From assembly GCF_009914755.1 (NCBI RefSeq), contig NC_060926.1: a stretch of DNA of 64,000 bases. One strand, 5' to 3'. The notes beneath the pieces were generated by a model. That model made no database searches, was not told the origin of the DNA, and saw only the letters and a list, made by a program, of their open reading frames with translations. A program made the position numbers and the translations under genes. Numbering within the stretch: position 1 is the first letter of the stretch; each line of letters opens with the position of its first letter. This document shows, piece by piece, positions 37,810-60,298 of this stretch. Origin of the DNA: the human T2T-CHM13v2.0 reference genome, Homo sapiens.

Positions 37810-38094
37810 TACCATTTTTAAGATAGTTGCTTCCAGGTCTAGGACAGAAAATGTACCTGAAAGCAAGAGAGTTATCAAAGACTACCGGGGTTATATCAAA
37901 ATGACCCAAAAATTAACTTCCTCTGGGGCTTCCTCTGGCCAAATATGGAAATATTTAAACATTCAAAACAAAAAATAACTGCAACCAATTGAAACACACT
38001 GATTGTATAAAATCCACGAATTCACAGTGATATGAAAAAGAAAAAGAAAGCTAATTAATCAGTTAAACAAAAAGTCACTGGTCATCATTAGAAG

Positions 38095-38447
38095 TAGCTG
38101 GCTACTATAATGAAGGACCACTGACTGGGTGGCTTAAAACAACAGGAATTTATTTTCTCACAACTCTGGAAGCTAGAAATTTGAGATCAAGGCATTGACA
38201 GGGTTGGTTTCTTCTGAGGCCTCTGTCCTTGACTTGTAGATTGCCGTCTTCTCTTGTGTCTTCATATGGTCTTCCCTCTGTACCGTCTGTACCCAAATTT
38301 CCTCTTCTTATAAGGATAGCATTTATATTGGATTAGAGCCCACCCTGATGACCTCATTTTAACTTAGTTACCTCTTTAAAGACCTGTCTATAAAAACAGG
38401 AATGGAAGGTTAGGACTTCAACATATGAATTTCAGGGGACACAATGT
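38095..38447 (-). mobile_element. MLT1A/B-like MaLR solo LTR
   Basis: CTGGGTGGCTTAAAACAACAGGAATTTATTTTCTCACAACTCTGGAAGCTAGAA, GGACTTCAACATATGAATTT. Confidence 0.75.
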
Positions 38448-38576
38448 AGTAAGGACAGGCACGAAGTGTATACTTTGAAAATTTAAAATTAAAGGAGAAG
38501 AAGAAAGAATTTATCCTGCCTCTCCTGTACAAACTGTATTTTAAAATCACTAAATAGCCCTAATTGAAAAGAGAAG

Positions 38577-38933
<357 letters not shown>

Positions 38934-38939
38934 CTATTA

Positions 38940-39400
38940 TGTGGGTTAGGCAGTGCTCATCAATGAGATGATTGATTGATAGGCAGATGATTCATACCGT
39001 AGGCGTCAAATGAAAAAAAAAAGATCAATAGATGGAAGATATTTATCATAAGGCATTGGCTTATGCAATTATGGAGACTGAGACGTCCCACGATCTCCCT
39101 CTGCAATCTGGAGCCCTGGAGATGGTATAAATCCAGTTGAGGGCAGGAGGAGACATGTCCCAGCTCAAGCATTCAGGCAGAGAGAAGGAATCTCCCCTTC
39201 CTCCACCTTTTTGTTCTATTTAGGGCCCCACTGGATTGGCTGATGCTCACCCACAATGGGGAGGGCAGTCTTTTTTGCTCAGTCTCCCAATTTAAATGCT
39301 AATCTCATCCAGCAACACCTTCACAGACACATACAGAAATAGTGCTTAATCTGCGCACCCTATGTACTGGTCAAGTTGACCTATAAAACTAACCATCACA
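38940..39400 (-). mobile_element. MLT2-family (ERVL) LTR
   Basis: ATTGGCTTATGCAATTATGGAGACTGAG, AATGCTAATCTCATCCAG, AAGTTGACCTATAAAACTAACCATCACA. Confidence 0.75.
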
Positions 39401-41404
39401 CTGAGCGTCTTTTCAAGACTCATCCATGTTTTAGCATGTATCAGTACTTTACTTCTTTTTATTGCCAAGTGATTTTCAATTATATGGATATACCACATTT
39501 TGTTTATTCATTCATCAGTTGATAGACAATTGGGTTGTTTTCACTTTTTGGCTATAAGAATAATGCTATAAACACTAATTTATAGTTTTATTTACTTTAA
39601 AATAAGGATTCCTACAGAATATTTTAAGTAAGGTTAATATTTGTTTCTGTTTTTAGTTTAGTTTCTTTTTTCTTTCTTTTTTTTGGGGGGGGTTTACTTT
39701 AAGATCGTAGACAATATTTTAAAAAAGAAAGCTGTCTAAAGAAAAACCGATTTCTGGAGGGAGAAACTGGGGCTATAATGAATGCTTAGATGAAGTGTAG
39801 AGTGTGAAGTTAGAAATTACAGGTCCACTCTACTAATCAAACTCATAACCCCAGGAGGATGACAAGAACATAAAAGAGAATTCAAGCTGTTTTTCAGAGG
39901 TGGGGGGGGATTTATACAACAAAACTTAAATAAAATTTCTCTTGTTTCAAGATTTATAGGAAGTATAAACCAAATAAAATTGCCTTGTTATGAAGATTTG
40001 GGTAAAGAATTCTTTTCCAACTAGTTATTTAACATAGCAACAGACAGAGTGCTTGCCTCCCCGTCCTGTTTCTTGTTCTGAGAGTGTTTTGTTTTTACAT
40101 GTAATTAACGGTCCCCAGATGTACTTGCTTTTCAGAGCTTTATCTTCTCACTTTCATCTTCCTTAGGGAACAGAGGTTTCCAATATTTCCTTAAGCCTAA
40201 AGTTAAAAAGGACCAAACAACAGAGCTATGTTGATAGAACTTTTATGGAATGTTTCCTTTAGGTCTAATAGAAATGTCTCTTATGTAATCTCTGCACACA
40301 GCTCCTCTCATTTAATACTGACTTTAAGACCTTGTGACTGTGTGAAACTGCTCTTCCTCTGAAATCTTTCGGCAGACTCCTCACTTTTTCACCACCACTG
40401 CCTAAGCATCTTCATTCCATGTCTATCCTGTCATGAAACCTGCTCTTCAGCCTCATCTCTACCCCTAGTATCTTAGATGTTCAGACTTCTAGCCCCTCCT
40501 GCTTCCTTTCCTTCCCCTCATGCCTGGATCCCAAATCATCAGCCACCCTCTCCCCAGCCCCCTCAATTCCCTCAGCCCAGGGTTTTGGCCCCCTCGATCC
40601 TGTCAGCCGTGCAAACAGAAATCAACCCAGTTCAATTTCTTGGGTCCAGGACTGCTGTCCTCTGGCCTCTTAGCACCCTTAAGAGAATCTTACCTCTGCT
40701 GGGGTTTCAGTGTGGCTCAGAAATGCCTATTTTCCCTTTCTACTTACAGTGACTATCCAAACATTTGCTACTCTCTTCAATCGCAGATTATCCACCATTC
40801 TCGTGGTAGAAGCAAAAGCAACAAAATAGAGGCCGTCAGGCTGGCATTTTAAGATTCTCACCCATTTACAAACGGATTTGACCCTTTCCTCATCCTCACT
40901 TTTTTTTCTCCTTTCTTCATGGATCTCTTTCTCTGTGCCTTTTGTGCCCCTTTCTTTTCCTTCAGGACCTTATTCTGTCAACTTCCTCATTTATAGACTC
41001 AGGTACTTCCACACCATTTCCTCCCCTACAGTGTCTGCATGCCATCCTAAAAACCCTCTCCTTCTAGCTTACCTGGCCTCTCCAGATTCACCTTTAACTT
41101 CTTAGTTTCTCTGCCTTCAAACACTTTTCCTTTCTACAATCCAGTCCCTACAATGCAGACAGAGCATTCAAAATTTGGTTGTGTTATTTCCATAATTTAA
41201 ATTTTTCTATGGCTCCTCATAGTCTTCAGGATAAAGTCTAAACTCCTTAGATTGGCAGGTAAGACCCTTAATCCTATGAGCCCCATCTACCTGTCCAGCC
41301 CCATCTCTCCTCCCTCTTCCAGGGGCGCATTATGTTTCTACCATAGCAAACACTCAGTGATCATGATGTGCTTTCATGTCTTCATGCCCCTGCCTACAAT
41401 GTTC

Positions 41405-41795
41405 TGTTATGGGCTGAATTAAGTTGAATTGTGTTCAAAATTCATATGTTGAAATCCTAGCCTCCCAACCCCCACACCTTATAATGTGGCTGTATTTGGA
41501 GACAGGGCTAAGACATAATTAAGGTAAAATGAGGTTATACAGGTTGTTCAAGCCAATATGACAGGTGTCCTTATAAGAAGAGGAGATTAGGACACAGACA
41601 AAAAAGGATGACAATGTGAAGACAGAAGGAGAAGCTGGCCATCTACAAGCCAAGGACACAGGCCTCAGAAGAAACCAAACCTGTTGTCACCTTGATCTTA
41701 GACTCGTAACTTCCAGAACTGTAAGGAAATAAATTTCTGTTGTTTAAGCCACCCAGTCTGTGGCACTTTGTTATTGCACCTCTAGCAAACAAATA
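41405..41795 (+). mobile_element. MLT1B-like MaLR solo LTR
   Basis: TGTTATGGGCTGAATT...AAAATTCATATGTTGAA start; AATAAATTTCTGTTGTTTAAGCCACCCAGTCTGTGG end. Confidence 0.8.
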
Positions 41796-42162
41796 TATTC
41801 CCTGTGCACTCCTCCAGAATCTTCTTTTAAATACCTATTATATAGGCCACCTACTCCTTCCTTCAAACTTTGTGAAGGGCCTGCTAACACATGGCCCTCT
41901 TATCTGGAGCTGCAATTTTCCGGGGGTCCTGCATGACCAATAGGCACCATTACATTATCACCATAATCTGTCATCAGTGTTCTGTATGCCTCAGTTGATT
42001 TTTAATCCAGAAGCAGCTAAAGGCCGTATGTGTATTACTGTTGTAATCAGACTTTTTCTCTGGACACTGACTATCTAGGACCATATATTTCTTTTTCTGA
42101 TAGAGACACCAGTAGCCTTAGAAACTATCAAAATTTCATTCACATCCATATGAAATTTTCTC

Positions 42163-43052
42163 AGAAGAAGGCTTCAGATGATCAAATTACTCTGAGCTAC
42201 GGGAGGACATTCAAACCAAAGGCAAAGAAGTTGAAAACTTTGAAAAAAATTTAGAAGAATGTATAACTAGAATAACCAATACAGAGAAGCGCTTAAAGGA
42301 GCTGATGGAGCTGAAAACCAAGGCTCGAGAACTACGTGAAGAATGCAGAAGCCTCAGGAGCTGATGCGATCAACTGGAAGAAAGGGTATCAGCAATGGAA
42401 GATGAAATGAATGAAATGAAGCGAGAAGGGAAGTTTAGAGAAAAAAGAATAAAAAGAAATGAGCAAAGCCTCCAAGAAATATGGGACTTTGTGAAAAGAC
42501 CAAATCTACGTCTGATTGGTGTACCTGAAAGTGATGGGGAGAATGGAACCAAGTTGGAAAACACTCTGCAGGATATTATCCAGGAGAACTTCCCCAATCT
42601 AGCAAGGCAGGCCAACGTTCAGATTCAGGAAATACAGAGAACGCCACAAAGATACTCCTCGAGAAGAGCAACTCCAAGACACATAATTGTCAGATTCACC
42701 AAAGTTGAAATGAAGGAAAAAATGTTAAGGGCTGCCAGAGAGAAAGGTCGGGTTACCCTCAAAGGGAAGCCCATCAGACTAACAGCAGATCTCTCGGCAG
42801 AAACCCTACAAGCCAGAAGAGAGTGGGGGCCAATATTCAACATTCTTAAACAAAAGAATTTTCAACCCAGAATTTCATATCCAGCCAAACTAAGCTTCAT
42901 AAGTGAAGGAGAAATTAAATCCTTTACAGACAAGCAAATGCTGAGAGATTTTTGTCACCACCAGGCCTGCCCTACAAGAGCTCCTGAAGGAAGCGCTAAA
43001 CATGGAAAGGAACAACCGGTACCAGCCGCTGCAAAATCATGCCAAAATGTAA
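42163..43052 (+). pseudogene. Disabled LINE-1 ORF1 remnant
   Basis: No N-terminus; CGA>TGA stops near 42178 and 42362; +1 T frameshift at GATTTTTG (~42950) diverting the C-terminus. Confidence 0.88.
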
Positions 43053-43088
43053 AGACCATCGAGACTAGGAAGAAACTGCATCAACTAA

Positions 43089-46946
<3,858 letters not shown>

Positions 46947-47988
46947 ACAATGAGATCACATGGACACAGGAAGGGGAATATCACACTCTGGGGACTGTGG
47001 TGGGGTGGGGGTAGGGGGGAGGGATAGCATTGGGAGATATACCTAATGCTAGATGACGAGTTAGTGGGTGCAGCGCACCAGCACGGCACATGTATACATA
47101 CGTAACTAACCTGCACAATGTGCACATGTACCCTAAAACTTAAAGTGTAATAAAAAATAAATAAATTAAAAAAAAAAGAAATTTTCTCTGTATCTTTCAT
47201 TAGACCCACAACTTGATGTGGTCTGAAAATATATTATGTCATACAAATTTTCATTAAAGAAGTTTCAGTTGACCTTAACTGAACGTTAAGGTATAATTAA
47301 TAACACGTATGTTATTTACCATGTATAATTTACCATGTATAATTAATAACATGTTTATAATTCTTAAACTGAGCTTTTCAGATCTTACTTGTAGCCTTTA
47401 CACCTCCTGAGTGCATTGTTGAGCCTAGTGATTAAGGACTTGGGGGGAATTTTACATAAGAAAACAGGTGGTTATAGAGTGTTGCTTTTATAAAGACACC
47501 CCAAAGTAAAGAGTTACAACCTTTGTTGGACCAGCTGGAGTTCTTACAAGATTGCAAAAGGCATCTTCCTTTAAAGATAGCACTTTCTGCAGTAACGATG
47601 GAGACAGAATCTGGCTGCATGCTATCTGAGGTCAGAGGAGTAAAGAGAAAGGAGCGGTGACATGTGTCTGTAGCCTCACTCATTAGAGCCGGAAAGAGCA
47701 TCCTAGGCAGACATACAACAAAAGAGACTACAGGAAGATCATCTCTATCATGATGAAGGCATTGGGAGAACCGTGTGCTTGCTATACAGTTTGAGGTTGA
47801 AATCATCTCACTAAAGCTTTGCTTCAAGCACTTTTCAGGATGATTGTATGGCTATCCAGCTTCCTTGTGACTCGATTCTTACATTTTAAAGGAAATGAAA
47901 AATTCGGTACACACTTCAACTGTAGAATTTAAAGGCAGAAATTCCATTTTGCAAGTAGAAGATAACACCTCCAAAAAATCTAGTCTTT

Positions 47989-48142
47989 TTTTTATTATAG
48001 TTTAAGTTTTAGGGTACATGTGCACGACGTGCAGGTTTGTTACATACGTATACATGTGCTGCATGTTGGTGTGCTGCGACCATTAACTTGTCATTTAACA
48101 TTAGGTATATCTCCTAATGCTATCCCTCCCCACTCCCCCCAC
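47989..48142 (-). mobile_element. Severely truncated L1PA 3' end (~150 bp)
   Basis: Antisense L1 3' UTR (GGGTACATGTGCAC...GGTATATCTCCTAATGCTATCCCTCCC); 15-bp TSD AAAAATCTAGTCTTT at 47974-47988 and 48143-48157. Confidence 0.9.
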
Positions 48143-48307
48143 AAAAATCTAGTCTTTAAAAAACAAACAAACAAAAGACAGCTCAGGGAATTATGGAGGA
48201 AGAGTTGCCACAGAAAATAATACATGGGAGACTATAGAGCGTCATTTTCATTGCTACAAAATACTCTGGAGCAGTAAAGGAAGACAGTCCCATTTCTTGG
48301 CCTATAC

Positions 48308-48407
48308 CTTCCTCACTTATTGCTTGAGTCACTGTCCTCTTCAGTTTCCAGCAAAAACTTCCTCACTTATTGCATAAGTCACTGTCCTACTCAGTTTCTA
48401 GCAAAAA
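48308..48407. repeat. 50-bp tandem duplication (2 copies)
   Basis: CTTCCTCACTTATTGC...AGTCACTGTCCT..TCAGTTTC.AGCAAAAA at 48308 and 48358. Confidence 0.92.
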
Positions 48408-48696
48408 ATCAGTCTAAATCCAATCTGGATTTTGTGCTAACTCTGTTACCTTGTCTGTTTCTGACTTTGCATTATCCATCTTCCATCCTATATAAATTGC
48501 AGTATCTTATTAGTGTGGAAGAGGAGAGTGACTTAAGCAATTGGAAAAGTCATGGTCGACGTAATGGGACAGACGCCCTTTGTTCTCCAGGGCTTTAATA
48601 CAGCAATGGAAATGAGATTAGGGACCATGCTTCTTCTTCCTTTGTGGTAATCAGTGTCAGATTTCTCTCTTTCTTGTCCTCTTTTCCTCTCATTTA

Positions 48697-49650
<954 letters not shown>

Positions 49651-49989
49651 ATATTAGTAGTCATTTTTATTGTCTAACATGTCAGATACACTGGAAACAG
49701 TGCCCTACAATTCATTTGTTTCTTCACACATTCATTTATTCATCAACATATTGCTGACTTTAGAGATACAGAGGTAAATAAATATGTTTTATAATGATAG
49801 CTACCATTTCTTCACTTTTACTTTGTGCAAAAAACTATATAAATACTTTACATAATTTATTTTATTTAATTCTCACAAAAACTCCGTGGATAGGTATTAT
49901 TCCTGTTTGCATACGAGGAACCTGTGGCTCCTATATAACCCAAGATCTCCTAACTTTTAAATGGCAGAAATGGTTCTCAACTAGTCCTT

Positions 49990-50430
49990 TTTTAAAAATT
50001 GTGGTAATATATGCATAACATAAAATTTACCATTTTAGCCATTTGTAAGTGTACAATTTAGTGGCATTACACATGTTCATATTATGCAACCATCACCACT
50101 GTCCATCTCCAGAACTTTTCCGTGATCCCAAATTGAAACTCTATACATTTTAAGCAATAACTCCTCATTTTCCCTTTTCCCTACCCCCCGGTAACAACTA
50201 TCCTACTTTCTGTCTGCTTTCTGTCTCTAGGAATTTGACTATTCTGTGTATCTCATGTAAGTACCATCACATAATACATGTCCTTTTGTGTCTGGCTTAT
50301 TTCACTTAGCATGTTTTCAAGGTTCATCTGTGTTGTAGCATCAGAATTTCATTCTTTTTTAAGGCTGAATAATATATCATTGAATGTATATACCATATTT
50401 TGTTTATCTAGTTATCCCTTAATGGACATT
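49990..50430 (-). mobile_element. Old L1MB-like 3' end
   Basis: AACATAAAATTTACCATTTTAGCCATTT, TTTTGTGTCTGGCTTATTTCACTTAGCAT, GCTGAATAATATATCATTG. Confidence 0.75.
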
Positions 50431-50605
50431 TAGCCCAGGTCTTTTGAATGACAAACCTCTTAGCCACTAAACCAAGCCTAATTGTTATTCTAATTGCTAT
50501 TATGCTGACAGATTAAAGCTAAACTGGTGCCCTCAGAATTTTACTCTGGGTGATTCTGGGAATCATTTAATTTCCTTAGCATGGTTGGACATTAAATTTA
50601 ATAGG

Positions 50606-51742
<1,137 letters not shown>

Positions 51743-52463
51743 GATCTTTATGTTGAAGTATAAATGACATACAATGAACTATATTTAAAATGTGCAACTT
51801 GGTAAGTATACACACATTCATTGTTTTGCATGTGGATATATAAGAGTTCCAGCATCATTTGTTGGAAAGATTATCTTGAATTTCCTTTATACCTTTGTCA
51901 AAAAATCTGTTGTCCATATAGTATGGGCCTATATATCTTAACTCTTTTCTATTTCATTTGTCTATATTTGTGCCAATATACCTAAACGTATACCTCAAAA
52001 TACACTCAAGTAATTGTCTTGGTTACTGAAGCTTTATAAAGCCTTGAAATCAGATAGCATAAGTCTTTCAACTTTGTTCTTTTTTGGTTGTTTTGGCTAT
52101 TCTAGATCTTTTGCATTTTCATGCAAAATTTAGTATCAGTTTGTCAATTTCTACAAAACAGCCTGCAGAGTTTTTTTATTTTGATTGCATTGAATCTATA
52201 GATCAATTTGGGAAGAACTGACATCGTAGCAATGTTGCATTTTCAACTCCATGAACAAAGTATAACTTTTCTTTATTTAGATCTTCTTTAACTTCTTTCA
52301 GCAGTATTACATCATTTTTAGTGTAATTGTTTTGTGGGTATTTAGACAAAAACATAGTTTTGATGCTATTATAAATGCTTCTTTTTCTTAAAAAGTCAAA
52401 TCTTTAAATTGTATTAATTCATCTTTAACTACAGAATATTTGAGTATATAAGAATATGGCTGT

Positions 52464-53686
<1,223 letters not shown>

Positions 53687-53718
53687 TTCTTTCTTTTTCT
53701 AACTAAGAAACTCATGAA

Positions 53719-53750
<32 letters not shown>

Positions 53751-53796
53751 TTCAGTGGGAATTTTGGAGCCAACTTCTATTTTCTATTTTTCTGTT

Positions 53797-53834
53797 GAAT
53801 AAAAACATTTCCATCGAATAAAAACATTTCCATC
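53797..53834. repeat. Perfect 19-bp tandem duplication
   Basis: GAATAAAAACATTTCCATC x2. Confidence 0.92.
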
Positions 53835-54847
53835 TTTCCATCCCAATCCTGGAAGTTGCTTAACAAATATTTGTTTTGAAGGAATGCATCATTAACACAT
53901 GAAGTGCAAAGGCTCTCTGGGAAGATGCTTTCTGCAGTTGGAGGAGTCACGTTCTTTTATCAAAGCTCTGCCTGGGTTTCATCACTTCACACAATTTAGT
54001 TGTACTCACTACTTGGTATTTCAAAGAACCTTTAAAATGAGAGACACTTGAAAATGCTTAAATGTCGATGGAAAGGAGTCAGTAGAGAGGGATTAAAGTT
54101 AATAAAAGGAAAAAGCAGTAACAGTTCAAGTTCTCTGAGAAAACAGAGGAGAATGGAATCCCGGGTGCAGATGGAGGGGTTGTCATTACACGGGAAGGGA
54201 GTGAAGTTGGAGGAATGTGGGTTATAGATGCAGTGTAGGCTGTAGGTGTGTTGCCAAGACATTGAGAGACCCAGACTAATGGCACCTCCTTTCTCTGAGA
54301 ATGAGGAATGGGGTGGTAAGGCAGGAGAACAGGAAAGTTGTGCAGGGAGAGTCCAGTGGAGAAAAATAGCATCATATTCTACACTGTCTATTAGTGAGAG
54401 GTTTATGTTTAGACTACAGAATTATTCTGTTTTCTTCTCCCCACCACTATCCCAAACCTTTGCCAAGATGTTGGTCAGAGCTACAGTCATATGAAGGCTG
54501 CTTGGAACTAGAGGACAGCTCATTCACACGGTTCTTGACAGAAGGCCTCACTTACTCATGTGGGCTGTTGGTGGGAGGCTTCAGTTCCTCACCCAGGAGG
54601 GCCTCTCCATAGGACTGCTTGAGTGTCCTCATGAGATGGCAACTGCTTTCCCCAGAGTCAGTGTTTCAAGGGAGAGCAAGGATGAAGACATAGTGACTTT
54701 TATGACCCAGTCTCTATAGGCAGGACTCATCATTTTCATCACATGCTATTTGTCATTAAGTCCAGCCAGCTATCAAGGAGAGGGGAATTAAATGCCACCT
54801 CCTGAAGGGAAGAGTTCCAAAGAATCTGTGAAGATATTTTGAAATCA

Positions 54848-55345
<498 letters not shown>

Positions 55346-57585
55346 CTAATTGTGAATGGGAAGTAATCCTCACTATGCTCCTCCTTCCCCTCCAAGCAGG
55401 CTGTGGCTCAGCTAGTGGTTAAAATAGCTCAACAACCTGCAATCATAAATGTTGTAGAGCTATAGGAAGAGAGAAAAAGCTTGAAGTGGGTGTTATTTTC
55501 TCCCTCTGTGGTATACATAGCGATGGAAATACCAAGTGGAATTACCACAAGACATTGCTGCATGGTTCCAGGACCTGTCCAACCAGAGGCCAGCACTCCA
55601 TAGCCCCATAGCCAATGGACATATGAGCATTCACGTTTTAATAAAAACACCTTCATTTTATACAACTTTGGACTGTGGCATCCCTTTAAGTAGCCAAGAC
55701 AATTAGCACATTTAAACTATTTATTTTAAAATTTGATTTATAGGGATACATGAGAGATACATCGGCAGAGCTCTAGGAGCCTATCAAAGTTATACAGCTT
55801 CCTAAAGCATCTAGTTTATAAGCAGCAAGTAGTTTAAGTAGTGAAAGCATTGGGCTGATTCCAGGGCTGCCTTAGCTGACAATCTGAAGGGAAATTGAGT
55901 GCAGTACAAGATGGAATCAAATTCTGATCTTTCTTCGAATGCCTATTGTCCGTTTTATCAAAGACATTCGATATCGACAGTGCAGGCTATTGAGTCTCAA
56001 TAAAATCTATTATTCGCTTTCTTCTACCTCATCTGCAGACTGTTGACATTTTCTTTTATTTCAACACTGATGTTTTTCTTTTACATGGGAGATTTTAGCA
56101 CTGATGTTGTAATTGCTTATCACACAGCTGGCCCTGTTATGATGTTCTCGTGAATGTCCCTTCATTTTCCTGATGGTCCTGTGATCCAATCTACAATCCA
56201 TTTAAAAACAAAACATTTCATGTGCCATTTTATGCGGTGGCTCTTTTGGAGTTCCATTTCAGCTTCATTAATATTGATGCTGTCTGTCTCCTTGCTTATT
56301 TCAGAAGATTCTTTTAAATTAATCTTCAGAATTTGCTGTGATTTGTTGCTGTTTTGTGCGTCAGCCCCAGTACAGCTTGTCTCTCGTTAATTTTGTTTTT
56401 CTTTATTTTTATGCGTCTGCTATGACTGTTCTCCTACTTGTACTACTGATGTGTGTCAGGTCCTTTATGGAATCCCGGTTTCGTCTCTGCCTTTCACGGT
56501 GATTTTCCATCATTAGGGACCTCTTGAATAAAAATGTAGCCCTTGTTTCTGACAGAGTCCATGTTCCTTTTCTTTTCTTTCTGTGTGATTTTCCATCATT
56601 ATGGTTCTTAAATTTCTTGAATAGTGATATATACATGAACAGACGGACAGAGCAGTAATGGCTTCATCAGTGTTTTCTAAAATATATCTGCAGCTTTGAG
56701 AGCACACAGTGCCACATTAGAATCTACTATGTATGTAAAAGAATTTTTAAGATAGATTTTGTGGTCTGTTGGTGACAATGCTATGGTGCATTAATAATTC
56801 ACGTTCTTGCTTACAGCATCTGCTTGTTAGAATGCCAGTTCCACGGCAGCCAGATTGGAGATTAGCCTTAGGTCTGAAAGTCTCTGAGGAAAATTGGTAC
56901 AACGCTATCTCTGCTTTTCTTTCTATAACATTTTCAAAGGTAGCCAATATTTCTTTGATCAAGAATGCTAAACTGGCAATTGCACTAATTTCAAAAAATG
57001 AGGTAGATGAAGTCAAACTTTCCTAATTTGAGATATTTTGTCTGTTGGGTCAATTAATTTCATTGACCACTTCTGAATAAAATAACTCCATACCTTCAGT
57101 TACAAAGAGGCAAGGGATAGAAGAACAGGATTTAGATCTAGCAACTACTATTGACTAAATCCAAGTCAATAAATGCAATGAAATAAGAGGGTAAAGCTCA
57201 AGTATTGGCTGTCCAATCATTTCTAGAAAAATAAGAAGAGAAAGTAATACTAAAATAAGACATGTAAAATACACTTTTCACCGTTGGTTATATATGCTTG
57301 CTTCATGTTCAGAATACCAATTACCAAGTGAAGAATTCAGAGTCAGCTCAAGCAGTTTGCTCTTTGAAAATGCCCTATTTAAACTATAAAAACCTATAGC
57401 CAGCAGGTCATTCAGAGAGTTATACAAATCTATGATGCTCAAGTGTTTACAAAATTAAGTTAAAAATATTTAGTGGTTTCCCTTAGATGAAAACCAATGT
57501 AACTTGGACTTGAACCTAGAATTCTGAATCTTCAGTTTTATTGTTAATACTGTATTTCATTATAATTATATTAGTTCTTTTATCA

Positions 57586-58875
<1,290 letters not shown>

Positions 58876-59986
58876 CCTTGAACTTTTATTTGAAGTAAGA
58901 ATATTAATAACTTTTTTGAGAATTCCTAATTATGTGATAAATCAGATGTAAAGAATCAGAAAGTGGTGAATACTCTCAGTTCACAGTCCTCCTTTGAAGT
59001 TCCCAGGAATGCTCTCAATTCAGGGCTACATTCCTTTCTTCCTGCTCCCAACAGACAAGGCCATCAAATTAGCAGAACAACTTCTGGTGAGCAGCTGAAT
59101 TCTAGGGCTACCATCTGGGCTCCTGGCTCTTGGCACAAGGTGACAGATTCCTGGTGGAGATACCTCCAATGATCCTAACAGCTCCTCACTATGGCAGCCT
59201 CCGTTACTATAGTCCACCGCCAAGTCTGAAGGCTTGAAAGTGGGTCTCATATTATACTCTTAACTTTACCACCCTTTTTTTCACCATTATGACTTAAGTG
59301 TCACCTTACCACCAATGCAGATTTGCTCCTTAAGGGAGCAATGTATGGGGAGGGTCTGAACAGTAAAGTGATTTACGTGATGCTGAGCCTTTCATCTACC
59401 ACAAAATAGGCTGCAGAAGGCCAGCAGCAGACAAATTGGAGTCCTGTGTGGCACTTCAAAGGAGACAGGATAGTTGGGTGCAACTTCCAGAAATTCATCC
59501 AAATTAATTTGTAGTATTCACCAATCTTCAAATGGATCTTCTGGAATCAAATGCCTCCTGGATATTATCTTTGTGACAGCAGAAATAGAGAACGTGCAGG
59601 GAGCAATATATACTCATTATCCTTTAAAAGAAAAGGCCTGCTGGAATAGGAAGGACTGTGGAACAGCTGTTTTCTCCCCAGTTTTACACATAAAAGAATT
59701 CTATATGTAAAACACCTGCAGAGCAAGGATTATCTAATATGTTTATTATAGATCCACTACCTGATATATTGTTTATCCCATCATGAGTCTGAGCAAACAT
59801 TATACCATATGAAAGCCTACCATCTGTAGACCTGGAATCTGGCCACCACTGGAAAGATTTGTTAGCTCTGAAAACATTGCCTTTTATTCTTTGATGTTGC
59901 CTATGTGAGAGTGAATTAATTCTCCCCAAACAATAGAATGAAGTCAGATTGGGAACAGGTTCAGGTTGGTGTATCCTAGTTCATAG

Positions 59987-60298
<312 letters not shown>

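Noticed and set aside
40300-41400. Pyrimidine-rich stretch with Pro/Ser-rich ORFs
   Set aside because: Resembles a degraded L2 (CAGGATAAAGTCTAAACTCCTTAG motif); compositional ORFs only
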